This document shows, in pieces, positions 43,902 to 52,533 of a DNA stretch of 54,961 bases. A program made the translations under genes and the position numbers. How positions within the stretch are numbered: position 1 is the stretch's first letter; every line of letters begins with the position of its first letter. The stretch is taken from NCBI GenBank assembly GCA_963659495.1, contig CAVKTH010000001.1, forward strand, positions 52,573 through 107,533, given 5' to 3'. Source of the DNA: Bacteroidaceae bacterium. Its GTDB lineage: Bacteria; Pseudomonadota; Alphaproteobacteria; RF32; CAG-239. The notes beneath the pieces were generated by a model, which did not search any database, was not told the DNA's origin, and saw only the letters and a list, made by a program, of their open reading frames with translations.

Positions 43902-44399
43902 ATGGCGAACAGACCTGTTAAACTCAAAAACCGCGGCGGCGACTACCTCTATCCCTACACGGACAACATTCCGACCGCGAGCACCAGCGTCGCCGGAAAA
44001 GTGAAACTTGACGCCAGTCCAACCTCCGGCTCGAGCAACGCTATTACCTCGGGGGCGGTTTATTCCGCCCTCACCGGCAAATTGGCGGCAAACGGCACGG
44101 CAAGCAAGACCACGTCCGACGCCAACGGAAACAACATAGCGGCGACATATGCGACAAAAAACGAATTGACAACCGTGAAAAACAGCATTCCGGTTGACGG
44201 CAATCTGGTTCACAAATCAGGCGACGAGACTATCGGCGGAACAAAAACTTTCAGCGCGAGCCCCATTCTGCCGACTCCCGCCGTTGGCGACAACTCCGCC
44301 AAGGGCGTGACCACAGCCTATGTGAATAACAAATTTAAAAAAGTGTCGGCTCTTCCCGCCAATCCGGACGCAAACACGTATTACTTTATACCGGAGTGA
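43902..44399 (+). CDS. tail fibre protein (paralogue)
   Basis: MANRPVKLKNRGGDYLYPYT, ITSGAVYSAL and DANGNNIAATYATKNEL. Confidence 0.55.
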   Translation: MANRPVKLKNRGGDYLYPYTDNIPTASTSVAGKVKLDASPTSGSSNAITSGAVYSALTGKLAANGTASKTTSDANGNNIAATYATKNELTTVKNSIPVDGNLVHKSGDETIGGTKTFSASPILPTPAVGDNSAKGVTTAYVNNKFKKVSALPANPDANTYYFIPE

Positions 44400-44403
44400 C
44401 AAT

Positions 44404-45039
44404 ATGCCCGTATATTTTGGAAGCCATAAAATTGACAAGATAAGTGTAGGAAACACTTCAATCGGCAAAGTTTACAAAGGCGGCGAACTGGTTTATCAAA
44501 GAACAAAAGGATTGAAGTTCTACGTGGCGTCTTATAATGAAAGCACCTTTAAGAATTACATTTACTACGACATCGTCGGTTTGCTGGGGTCTTGGTCAAC
44601 TTCCGGATATGTGGCGTTTTGCACCTATAAGCAAAAATACATTCCCGACGGCAACGTATTTCCTGAATCAAAAATATATCTGATTTCCGGAACATTGGGA
44701 ACCAGCGGTTCAAAAGTTGGTTCCAGCTCGTCTTCTCACGCCGCTTACATAAAAACGCTGAACATAAACGGGCTGACCTGCTACGTTTATCACGGAGATT
44801 CCGGTCTCGGAGACCCTATTATGTTTGTGCTGCCGGATTCAACCGTGAATAATTACACCATAAACAATTCCGAGTTTATACAAGCGTCAAATGGCGACAT
44901 AGTTGTTCATCCAAATGCGGTCACAAATGATTCCTTCATCTACGAAACCTACTCTTACGGCACTCATTACGGCCCGTACACCGTGAACCGAGAGACTAAC
45001 GACGTATTAACCTTTACCAAAGAAAACGGTTTTATCTAA
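44404..45039 (+). CDS. putative distal fibre / receptor-binding protein
   Basis: 211 aa following the fibre paralogues. N-terminal KIDKISVGNTSIGKVYKGGELVY. Confidence 0.35.
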   Translation: MPVYFGSHKIDKISVGNTSIGKVYKGGELVYQRTKGLKFYVASYNESTFKNYIYYDIVGLLGSWSTSGYVAFCTYKQKYIPDGNVFPESKIYLISGTLGTSGSKVGSSSSSHAAYIKTLNINGLTCYVYHGDSGLGDPIMFVLPDSTVNNYTINNSEFIQASNGDIVVHPNAVTNDSFIYETYSYGTHYGPYTVNRETNDVLTFTKENGFI

Positions 45040-45050
45040 AGGAGCAAACT

Positions 45051-45416
45051 ATGAGCGACTTTAATTACAACGAAATAATCGAATATATCAACGACACTTT
45101 TGATGAAAATTTTGAAGAAGCTAAAAAATGGGCGAAAAACCATAACACGACGCTTGAAGAGCTTGTGGAACGGCGAACAGTCCGTAATGGCGCGCTTTAC
45201 CGCTATTTTCAAATCGGCGGCGACTTTAGAGCGTCGGAACCAACGGAAGAACAAGTTAAAATGCAAAAAATCACGCAATTAAAAAGACAGTTGTCTTTAA
45301 CCGACTACGCCGTGATTAAAATAGCCGAGGGCGCGGCCACAAAAGAAGAATACGCCGAACTCATCGCCCAACGCCGGCAATGGCGGCAAGAAATCAACAA
45401 TCTAGAGGCTGAATGA
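45051..45416 (+). CDS. tail fibre assembly chaperone-like protein
   Basis: The C-terminal LKRQLSLTDYAVIKIAEGAATKEEYAELIAQRRQWRQEINNLE shows a tail-fibre-assembly-protein-like pattern. Confidence 0.45.
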   Translation: MSDFNYNEIIEYINDTFDENFEEAKKWAKNHNTTLEELVERRTVRNGALYRYFQIGGDFRASEPTEEQVKMQKITQLKRQLSLTDYAVIKIAEGAATKEEYAELIAQRRQWRQEINNLEAE

Positions 45417-45958
45417 TGACCGACACCACTTTGTCAGAAGCGTTGAAAGAGGCGTACGCTTCCGCGCCAAGCGACATAACGATATTGCACACTTTGGAGC
45501 TCCGGCATCCGGCTTTTGTTGACGAACAAGGCCGTAAAACGGCTATCCGAGTTGTGCGTGACAACGTCAGTCATAAATGCGCTCTAGAAAGCTCGGCTCC
45601 GCTTGACGCTGGCAAAACCGTGGAATTCGCGGCGATGGCGTTTGATTTGGAGCTTCCGCCGGTTGAAACCATTCCCGTGCCGGAAATCACGGTTACTTTG
45701 GACAATGTTTCAACGGAGATTGTTCAATATTTGGATCAAGCCATAGAAACGCAGGATATGATTGAAATGACCTATCGTCCTTATCTTTCCAATGATTTGT
45801 CTTGCCCTCAGATGGATCCGCCAATCACGCTGACGATTACCAACATTTCAGTCGATGTGCTGAAAATAACGGCGACCGCCAGAATGATGGACATCGGCAA
45901 CAAGTCCTTTCCTGCGGAAAACTATACGGTTAAAAATTATCCTGGATTAAGTAGATAA
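45413..45958 (+). CDS. DUF1833-like minor tail protein (gpL analogue)
   Basis: LSEALKEAYASAPSDITILHTLELRHPAF. Confidence 0.5.
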   Translation: MMTDTTLSEALKEAYASAPSDITILHTLELRHPAFVDEQGRKTAIRVVRDNVSHKCALESSAPLDAGKTVEFAAMAFDLELPPVETIPVPEITVTLDNVSTEIVQYLDQAIETQDMIEMTYRPYLSNDLSCPQMDPPITLTITNISVDVLKITATARMMDIGNKSFPAENYTVKNYPGLSR

Positions 45959-46041
45959 AGATTGACTTTTGTAAAAACATAATATACTAGGTTTACTAGA
46001 TATATTGTGTTATAAAATACTTTTAGTGTGGATCTAAATAT

Positions 46042-47268
46042 ATGACAGATTTCGATTTACAGCCCGTCTTCAATTCTATGGTAGAATGGCCTCCTAATGA
46101 TATTAACTCAGACAAACTAGATAGGCAAAATTATATACCTCTTGGAATTTCTATTAAATTAAAGAAAGGGGTATCGGTAAAAAAAGAAAAGTTTTTTGAA
46201 CTTATGGAATTTCTTCGAAAAGAGCTATCTAGTTGGCGTCCGCCTTTAACAGATAGTTTTCTCGCAAAAAATGTTGGAAATTTTTTAATGAACGCCTATT
46301 CAGGAGATTTTAAAGAAAAAAAGGTTGAAGAATTGTTAAATATATTTAAATTACTTAAAAAAAAGAAAGTTAATATTTATGTAAAAATTTTTAACGTGCA
46401 AACAGATATTGGAGAGTATGATGGAGGATCTTTTCTTTTATTTCATCCAATGTATTTTATAAAAACTTATCCAAACCATTTAATGTATCCATTTATAAAT
46501 TCAGAGGGAATAAATCAGGATACAGCTTTGCATTCAGGAGTTGTTTTTAAAAATGTTGAGATACTTGAGGAAGATGATGAATATCTAAAAACAATTATAC
46601 AAGAAAAGACTGAAGAATTTATAAATATTATGGGTGTTGCACTTGGCGATAAAGATAATGCTCAAAAAATTTCATCTGATTTCAATTGTATGGGTATGGA
46701 ATATCATTTGTTAAATAAGGATATGTTTGAGACAAATTCTTCTTTTTCGAGTGCTGGAAGTACTTTTATAAAAGGTAGTGTTAACTTGAAGACAGAATTA
46801 TTTTTCTCGCAACATAAAAAATTATTTGATCTTCTTCAAAAACGCGACAATCAATTAAAGGAAAAGCTTTATAAATCTATCCTGTGGCTTGGAAAATCAT
46901 TGCGGACCGAAAATATAGATGATAGCTTTTTACAAGTTGCAATTGCGCTGGAATGTTTACTGACAAAACAAGATAAAGGATATTATATTAACCCTTCAAT
47001 TACATATTCCATATCGGAAACCCTTGCCTTTCTTATAGGCGAAACAAAAGAGCAACGAATAGATAATTTGAAAGTGATAAAAAAAATGTATGGTGAAAGA
47101 TCAGCCATAGTTCATTCGGGAAAATCAAAAATAACAATAAATCAATATTATGAATTTTTTCATCGAGTTAGAATAGGAATATACAAGATACTTGATCTAA
47201 TGGAAGAGCATAATTTCAAAAATATTGAAGAACTTTATAATTACATTGATGAACTGAAATTTTCTTAG
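46042..47268 (+). CDS. uncharacterised protein with a C-terminal HEPN-like Rx4H motif (AT-rich island)
   Basis: MYGERSAIVHSG (R at 47098-47100, H at 47113-47115), preceded by the helix LQVAIALECLL. No motif recognised in the N-terminal ~290 aa. Confidence 0.5.
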   Translation: MTDFDLQPVFNSMVEWPPNDINSDKLDRQNYIPLGISIKLKKGVSVKKEKFFELMEFLRKELSSWRPPLTDSFLAKNVGNFLMNAYSGDFKEKKVEELLNIFKLLKKKKVNIYVKIFNVQTDIGEYDGGSFLLFHPMYFIKTYPNHLMYPFINSEGINQDTALHSGVVFKNVEILEEDDEYLKTIIQEKTEEFINIMGVALGDKDNAQKISSDFNCMGMEYHLLNKDMFETNSSFSSAGSTFIKGSVNLKTELFFSQHKKLFDLLQKRDNQLKEKLYKSILWLGKSLRTENIDDSFLQVAIALECLLTKQDKGYYINPSITYSISETLAFLIGETKEQRIDNLKVIKKMYGERSAIVHSGKSKITINQYYEFFHRVRIGIYKILDLMEEHNFKNIEELYNYIDELKFS

Positions 47269-47316
47269 AAATTTATCTATCTTCAGTGTTTTTTTATGAC
47301 CTAAAATGGTAAAATA

Positions 47317-47733
47317 ATGCCTCATTTTGCAAATAAATACATAGGTCGCCCGTGGGTGGCTGGCGCACAAGGTCCCGATAGCTTTGACTGTTGGGGCTTT
47401 GCGCGTTATATACTAAAACACGAGTACGGACACAATGTGCCGCAAGTTAATATCAATCCTGATAATTTACGAGATGTTTTGCACGCTTTCAAAAATGATT
47501 TGGCTTTTCAATCGTTTTATGAAGTTGCACAACCTCGTGATGGAGATGTGGTATTGATGCGGCAAGCTAAAAATCCGGTTCACGCCGGTATATGGCTTGA
47601 CGTTGACGGCGGAGGCGTTCTGCATTGTTGCCGTAACAGCGGCGTGGTGTTCCAAGACACGCCGTCACTTAACGCAACCGGCTGGTTCTTGCATAGTTTT
47701 TATCGGGTGAAAGATTCGTCAGACATCGTCTGA
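47317..47733 (+). CDS. NlpC/P60-family tail peptidase (gpK-like)
   Basis: GPDSFDCWGFARYIL (catalytic Cys) and NPVHAGIWLD (His). Confidence 0.75.
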   Translation: MPHFANKYIGRPWVAGAQGPDSFDCWGFARYILKHEYGHNVPQVNINPDNLRDVLHAFKNDLAFQSFYEVAQPRDGDVVLMRQAKNPVHAGIWLDVDGGGVLHCCRNSGVVFQDTPSLNATGWFLHSFYRVKDSSDIV

Positions 47734-47784
47734 CGAATTTGATACGCACTGCGTAACGAATTTCCTACACTGTGTAGGAAATTC
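47714..47784 (+). other. two tandem perfect hairpins (11-bp and 12-bp stems)
   Basis: attcgtcagac-atc-gtctgacgaat (47714-47738, spanning the stop codon) and gaatttcctaca-ctg-tgtaggaaattc (47758-47784). Confidence 0.6.
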
Positions 47785-47802
47785 AGTAGACACTATCTAT
47801 GA

Positions 47803-47891
47803 AATTTGCGGAGATTATAATCTAATGCTTTACTTTAACTATTTCACAAACCATTGTCAGCCAGACAAGGGGCGGATAAGCGCGGCCGTTC
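47803..47891 (+). repeat. direct repeat copy 1: duplicated upstream region and first ~22 codons of the gpI/J-like gene
   Basis: aatttgcggagatt...atgctttactttaactatttcacaaaccattgtcagccagacaaggggcggataagcgcgg matches 49350-49441 with scattered mismatches. Confidence 0.8.
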
Positions 47892-47914
47892 AAATGAATA
47901 GGATAAAATTATAA
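47825..47914 (+). pseudogene. 29-codon remnant of the gpI/J-like gene 5' end
   Basis: MLYFNYFTNHCQPDKGRISAAVQMNRIKL* compared with the intact MLYFNYFTNPCQPDKGRISAVVQQPK... Confidence 0.7.
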
Positions 47915-48011
47915 AATATAACGTTTAAATAGCTTGTTACTTACTTGACATAGACTGATAAAAGTCGTATATTGACATTATAAAAGTCGTATATTGACAA
48001 AGGAAAAGTAA

Positions 48012-48428
48012 ATGAAAACAAGAAATACACTGCTATATAAAATAAAATTACGTGTCAAAAAACGAAAGGATTCAACTTTTGTGTTAAATGACTTTTGCGA
48101 CTTTATTAAAGAATATGACTATGATCAAGTTTTAAGAGCTTTGCGTATTTTAACGACTGAAAAAATACTAGTTAAAATAGGCAGAGGTATCTATGCTAAA
48201 ACAAAAATATTATCCAATGGAGCTGTCATTTTAAGCAAATCTTTAAGTGATTTAGCAATAGAAGCTCTAAAAAAATTAGGTATTACAACAAGCAAATCTA
48301 AATTATGGCTAGATTATAATTCGGGCAAAACAACCCAAGTCCCAACCGGAAGAGTTATTGCCGTCAGCAAACGTGTCCGTAGAAAAATAAGCTATAATGG
48401 TTACGAAATAGAATTTGAAAGTATTTAA
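48012..48428 (+). CDS. AbiEi-like antitoxin/transcriptional regulator (type IV TA)
   Basis: YDQVLRALRILTTEKILVKIGRGIYAK is an AbiEi N-terminal winged-helix pattern. It is directly upstream of AbiEii. Confidence 0.65.
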   Translation: MKTRNTLLYKIKLRVKKRKDSTFVLNDFCDFIKEYDYDQVLRALRILTTEKILVKIGRGIYAKTKILSNGAVILSKSLSDLAIEALKKLGITTSKSKLWLDYNSGKTTQVPTGRVIAVSKRVRRKISYNGYEIEFESI

Positions 48429-48431
48429 CAT

Positions 48432-49331
48432 ATGAAACAATTAAATATTGAAATTTTTGAGCAAATAGCTTTTGATAAAGGTTGTGATATTGCGTTTCCA
48501 CTAAAAGAAAAAATGTTAATAGAAGTGATAAGCCAACTTATTTCTAGATTTTACAATGAAAATGGCAAATTAATCTTTGGCGGTGGTACGAGTTTGGTTA
48601 GTGCTTATGGAGAACTTACCAAACGTTTTAGCGAAGATGCGGATTTTAGATTTGTACCCTGCCCAAAATCAACCAAAAATATACGTGTTGAATTAGTCAA
48701 CATTGCAAACACTCTGGATGGATTTAAACTGATTGAGGCTCCAATATCAGATAGTCACAAAATAGAATTTCGTTTTGAAGACAGCAAGCATTTTATAAGA
48801 GAACATTCTTCATTACGTCCATATATAAAATTGGAAGTGTTTTTCACGGATAATCTCTTTTATAGACCAATAAACCGTCCAATTTGTTCTTGCTATAATA
48901 AATGTGCTCTATTACCTGCGGAAACAGAAGCTCTTTGTGTTTCTTTACAAGACACTGCTATAGATAAAATAAGTTCTTTTTTATGGCGGATTTATTCTGA
49001 TAATACCATTAAAAGCTCTTTTGCACCTGCTGATATGAGACATTTGCATGATTTGTATTTTTTAACACAACAATTTAAAATAGATGATGAATTTAAACAA
49101 TATGTTCTAACTGTCGCAAATTCTGATATTAAATATAGATTAAAAGAAAATCTATCATTTAAGGATGTGGCTAAACAAGTCCTTGTACAGCTAAAGAATA
49201 ATCAAAAATATCAAAATGATTTTATTCGATATGTCAAAAATATGTCCTATGCCAAAACAAATGAACAATTAAATTTTGATAACGCCTATACCACATTTGC
49301 GGCTTTATTAAATAAACTTAGCGGAGAATAA
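48432..49331 (+). CDS. AbiEii/AbiGii-family nucleotidyltransferase toxin
   Basis: LIFGGGTSLVSAYGELTKRFSEDADF (NTase G-S and DxD region). Confidence 0.75.
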   Translation: MKQLNIEIFEQIAFDKGCDIAFPLKEKMLIEVISQLISRFYNENGKLIFGGGTSLVSAYGELTKRFSEDADFRFVPCPKSTKNIRVELVNIANTLDGFKLIEAPISDSHKIEFRFEDSKHFIREHSSLRPYIKLEVFFTDNLFYRPINRPICSCYNKCALLPAETEALCVSLQDTAIDKISSFLWRIYSDNTIKSSFAPADMRHLHDLYFLTQQFKIDDEFKQYVLTVANSDIKYRLKENLSFKDVAKQVLVQLKNNQKYQNDFIRYVKNMSYAKTNEQLNFDNAYTTFAALLNKLSGE

Positions 49332-49349
49332 TAATCCTACCCTCCGCAT

Positions 49350-49441
49350 AATTTGCGGAGATTACATAATCTAATGTTATACTTTAACTATTTTACAAAC
49401 CCTTGCCAGCCTGACAAGGGGCGGATAAGTGCGGTTGTTCA
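49350..49441 (+). repeat. direct repeat copy 2 (functional gene start)
   Basis: See copy 1. Confidence 0.8.
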
Positions 49442-51599
49442 GCAGCCTAAAACAGTTTGGCAGCTTGTTAAAGAGCAAAAAGTTGACTTAACCATGCCGA
49501 TTTTATGCCTGATTAACGGCGTGCCGGTAATGCGAGAAAATTGGAACAATTTACTGAATGACAATGACATTGTAAACATTGTCTCGCTGCCTCTCGGTGG
49601 CGGCGGTGGCGGTTCCAATCCGGTGCGGGTTGTGCTTACGGTGGCGGTTATCGTCGCTTCGGTTTACACCGGCGGAGCTGTCGGCGCGGCGTACGGCGCA
49701 GGCTGGGGAGCCACCGCGGCCGCCGGCGTGTCCATCAGTGGCGGAATTCTGGTAAACACACTTGTGCCTACTCCAAAACCGACTTTAAACGGAATGACCT
49801 CGTCGTCTTACACCCAAAGTCCGACATATTCCCTGCAAGCGCAAGGCAACTCCGCCCGCTTGGGCAATCCAATACCGGTCATTTACGGCAGACATCTGAT
49901 TTATCCGGACTTTGCCGCTCATCCGTATTATCGTTATCAAAACAACGAACAATATGTTTATCAGCTTCATTGCATCGGGCAAGGTTCGTATGACGTGGAG
50001 CAAATACTCGTTGAAGACACGCCGATAAGCGCATTCAAAGAGATAACCTATAAAATCATCAACCCTGGCGAAAGTAACACTTTATTTAATGAAGACGTGG
50101 TTACTTCCGCCGAAGTCGCCGGTCAGGAACTGTTAAAAGGCGCAATTGTCGGCGGCTTTGTGCTTAATCCCACGGAAAGTGAAATCAATAAAATAGAAAT
50201 TGACGTCGCTTGTCAGCGTGGATTGTATTACGCCAACGACAATGGCGGGCTTAGTGAGAAGACCGTTCAATGGATGGTTGACGCTCGTCTTATTGACGAT
50301 GAAGACAACGCTCTCGGCGACTGGTTCACTTTGGCCACGGAAACTCTAACCGGCTCCACGGTCAACGGTATTTACCGGACTTATAATTATTCGGTGGCGC
50401 AAGGTCGGTACGAGGTTCGGGCGACAAGGCTTGACGACAAAGACGACAGTTCTCGCTCCGGCCACGAACTGCGCTGGATTTCCGCCAAAGGTTACGTGGT
50501 GTCTGACAAAAACTACGGCAATGTCACGCTGTTGGCCATAGTGATGAAAGCGACCGACAATCTTTCGCAACGAGCCAGCAACTTGATAAACTGCGTTGTA
50601 ACACGCAAACTAAAAACTTGGTCGCCAAACAGCGGTTGGAGCGGTTTGACGCCAACCCGTTCCATCGCTTGGGCTTTGGCGGACATTCTAAAAGCCGACT
50701 ACGGCGCGAAACTAACCGACAAATCCATTGATTTAAACGCGCTTTATCAATTGGAACGAAAATGGTCGGTTCGCGGCGACACGTTCAACGGCGTGTTTGA
50801 CAGCAAATTAACGGTGTACGAGGCTCTTTCCAGAGTGGCGAAAGTCGGACGCGCGGTGGCTTTTATTCAAGGCGGAATCGTGCGTTTCGTGCGTGACGAG
50901 CCCAAAACTATTCCCGTCGCTCTGTTCGGGCCTAGAAACATTGTCAAAAACTCTCTTTCCATTCAATACATAATGCCGTCCGAAGACACCGCCGACAGTG
51001 TTTGCGTGCAGTATTTTTCTGAAAAAACTTGGAAAACTTCGGAAATTACCGGAACCTTCAGCGGTTCCGCTTCAGATAAGACAGCGACGGTGGAATTGTT
51101 CGGCTGCACAAATAAAGAGCAAGCTCAGCGCGAAGCCGTCTACATGGCTTTGGCCAACCGTTATCGGCGGCGAGTCGTGACTTTCAGCACCGAGCTTGAA
51201 GGTTTGATTCCGACATACGGAGATTTAATCGCCATCACGCACGACATGGCGCGTTGGGGACAAGGCGGTGAAATTATAGCGCGAAATGGTCTAAAACTCA
51301 CGTTGTCCGAGCCGGTTGCTTTTACCGACGGCGTTAAAAACATATTGGCTTTGCGAAACAAAAACGGTTCGCTTGGCGGTGTGTATGAAGTGACGGCAAC
51401 TGAACTTAGCACCGAAGTAACGCTGAAAACTCCGCCGGATATTGAAATATTAACATCCTCAGGAACCGAACGCACGCATTTTGCCTTTGGCACGGCAGAC
51501 AAATGGAGTGTTTTCGCCCGTGTCACCGGTATTCGCCCTCGCTCTAATCAAGTGGAAATAACAGCGGTTATAGAAGACGACCGAGTGCATCAAAATTAA
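49374..51599 (+). CDS. gpI-like N-terminal domain fused to a gpJ-like tail tip / host-specificity protein
   Basis: The N-terminal ubiquitin-like region plus LPLGGGGGGSNP and a hydrophobic Gly/Ala stretch resemble lambda gpI. The remainder (YGRHLIYPDF...NNEQYVYQL) resembles the gpJ N-terminal domains. It follows the gpK-like gene. Confidence 0.65.
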   Translation: MLYFNYFTNPCQPDKGRISAVVQQPKTVWQLVKEQKVDLTMPILCLINGVPVMRENWNNLLNDNDIVNIVSLPLGGGGGGSNPVRVVLTVAVIVASVYTGGAVGAAYGAGWGATAAAGVSISGGILVNTLVPTPKPTLNGMTSSSYTQSPTYSLQAQGNSARLGNPIPVIYGRHLIYPDFAAHPYYRYQNNEQYVYQLHCIGQGSYDVEQILVEDTPISAFKEITYKIINPGESNTLFNEDVVTSAEVAGQELLKGAIVGGFVLNPTESEINKIEIDVACQRGLYYANDNGGLSEKTVQWMVDARLIDDEDNALGDWFTLATETLTGSTVNGIYRTYNYSVAQGRYEVRATRLDDKDDSSRSGHELRWISAKGYVVSDKNYGNVTLLAIVMKATDNLSQRASNLINCVVTRKLKTWSPNSGWSGLTPTRSIAWALADILKADYGAKLTDKSIDLNALYQLERKWSVRGDTFNGVFDSKLTVYEALSRVAKVGRAVAFIQGGIVRFVRDEPKTIPVALFGPRNIVKNSLSIQYIMPSEDTADSVCVQYFSEKTWKTSEITGTFSGSASDKTATVELFGCTNKEQAQREAVYMALANRYRRRVVTFSTELEGLIPTYGDLIAITHDMARWGQGGEIIARNGLKLTLSEPVAFTDGVKNILALRNKNGSLGGVYEVTATELSTEVTLKTPPDIEILTSSGTERTHFAFGTADKWSVFARVTGIRPRSNQVEITAVIEDDRVHQN

Positions 51600-51609
51600 G
51601 GAAAAAACT

Positions 51610-51837
51610 ATGGATTGGCTGCAATTTTTGCAAATAGTCTGTGTTCCGGCGTTTGTTTGGCTGGTTCATAAATTCGGCGAAATGCGCAAGGAACTGAATG
51701 ATTTTAAGGTTCAAGTCGCCAAGGAATACGCCACACAGGTAAATATCAATCGTCTTGAACTCAAAATCGACGAACTTCGGCAACTTATTTGGGAGATACA
51801 TAATGAAGCGAAAACTACCACGAGGAATAAGAAATAA
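51610..51837 (+). CDS. small membrane-anchored coiled-coil protein (lysis-module candidate)
   Basis: N-terminal TM LQFLQIVCVPAFVWLV followed by a coiled coil. Confidence 0.4.
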   Translation: MDWLQFLQIVCVPAFVWLVHKFGEMRKELNDFKVQVAKEYATQVNINRLELKIDELRQLIWEIHNEAKTTTRNKK

Positions 51838-52219
51838 CAACCCCGGCAACATACGTCACGGACAGAATTGGCTGGGTTTAGATCAACAAAGCGGGAAAAT
51901 CGATCCCGCTTTTTGCGTGTTCACATCACCGGTTTACGGCATCAGAGCGCTGGCGAAGGTATTGATAAACTATAAGAAAATACATAATTTGCGCACGGTG
52001 CGGCAGATTATCGGTCGTTACGCCCCTCCGAACGAAAATCAAACGAAGGCGTATATTCAAGCGGTGGCGAAACAGCTCGGCGTTTATCCTGACACAGTCA
52101 TAGATATTGAAGAAAAAGGCGTGCTTTGCGTGTTCATCAAAGCCGTGATCCGTATGGAAAACGGCGTGCAACCGTATTCAGACGATACAATTTTACAAGG
52201 AATTAATCTTGCTTCTTAA
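51803..52219 (+). CDS. putative endolysin-like protein (RNNNPGNI-motif family)
   Basis: LPRGIRNNNPGNIRHGQNWLGL. It sits between two small membrane proteins. Confidence 0.4.
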   Translation: MKRKLPRGIRNNNPGNIRHGQNWLGLDQQSGKIDPAFCVFTSPVYGIRALAKVLINYKKIHNLRTVRQIIGRYAPPNENQTKAYIQAVAKQLGVYPDTVIDIEEKGVLCVFIKAVIRMENGVQPYSDDTILQGINLAS

Positions 52220-52242
52220 CCCACCCTAACAAGGCTTTTTTT

Positions 52243-52437
52243 ATGAAAGGAATAAATATGCTTAAACTTATTGAGCTTTTAAAACTTAATCAGCCATCCA
52301 CATGGCGTGGTTTAATCGGTCTTTTGTCAGGTCTGGGCGTGGCAATAAGTCCTGAGTTGGCGGAACACATTGTCGCTTTGGCCGTTTCCGCGTTCGGTAT
52401 TGTGGAAATTGTCAGAAGTGAAAAGACTGGCAAGTAA
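52243..52437 (+). CDS. holin-like small membrane protein
   Basis: WRGLIGLLSGLGVAISPELAEHIVALAVSAFGIVEIV. Confidence 0.4.
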   Translation: MKGINMLKLIELLKLNQPSTWRGLIGLLSGLGVAISPELAEHIVALAVSAFGIVEIVRSEKTGK

Positions 52438-52475
52438 AAGTACAATTGACGACAATAATATAAGATGAATTGTGT

Positions 52476-52510
52476 ACCTCTCATTAGCGATAATGGGAGG
52501 TTCTTTTTTT
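52476..52510 (+). terminator. intrinsic terminator ending the late operon
   Basis: acctctcatt-agcgat-aatgggaggt (10 bp, one G-U pair) followed by tcttttttt. Confidence 0.75.
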
Positions 52511-52533
52511 GTATTTAAATGGAGATAAATAAA

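Larger units (their letters stand above)
47892..49349 (+). mobile_element. AbiE moron insertion bounded by the duplicated gene start
   Basis: AT-rich segment of about 1.46 kb between the two repeat copies, carrying AbiEi and AbiEii. Confidence 0.65.

Noticed and set aside
41963-45039. Diversity-generating retroelement acting on the repeated fibre genes
   Set aside because: No reverse transcriptase ORF and no template/variable repeat pair with adenine-specific differences is visible. The similarity is at the protein-module level between paralogues.
52438-52533. Calling 52.45 kb the definitive right prophage end
   Set aside because: There is a strong terminator and a change of gene content, but no att repeat matching the tRNA core or any other left-side sequence was found. 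The boundary remains an inference.
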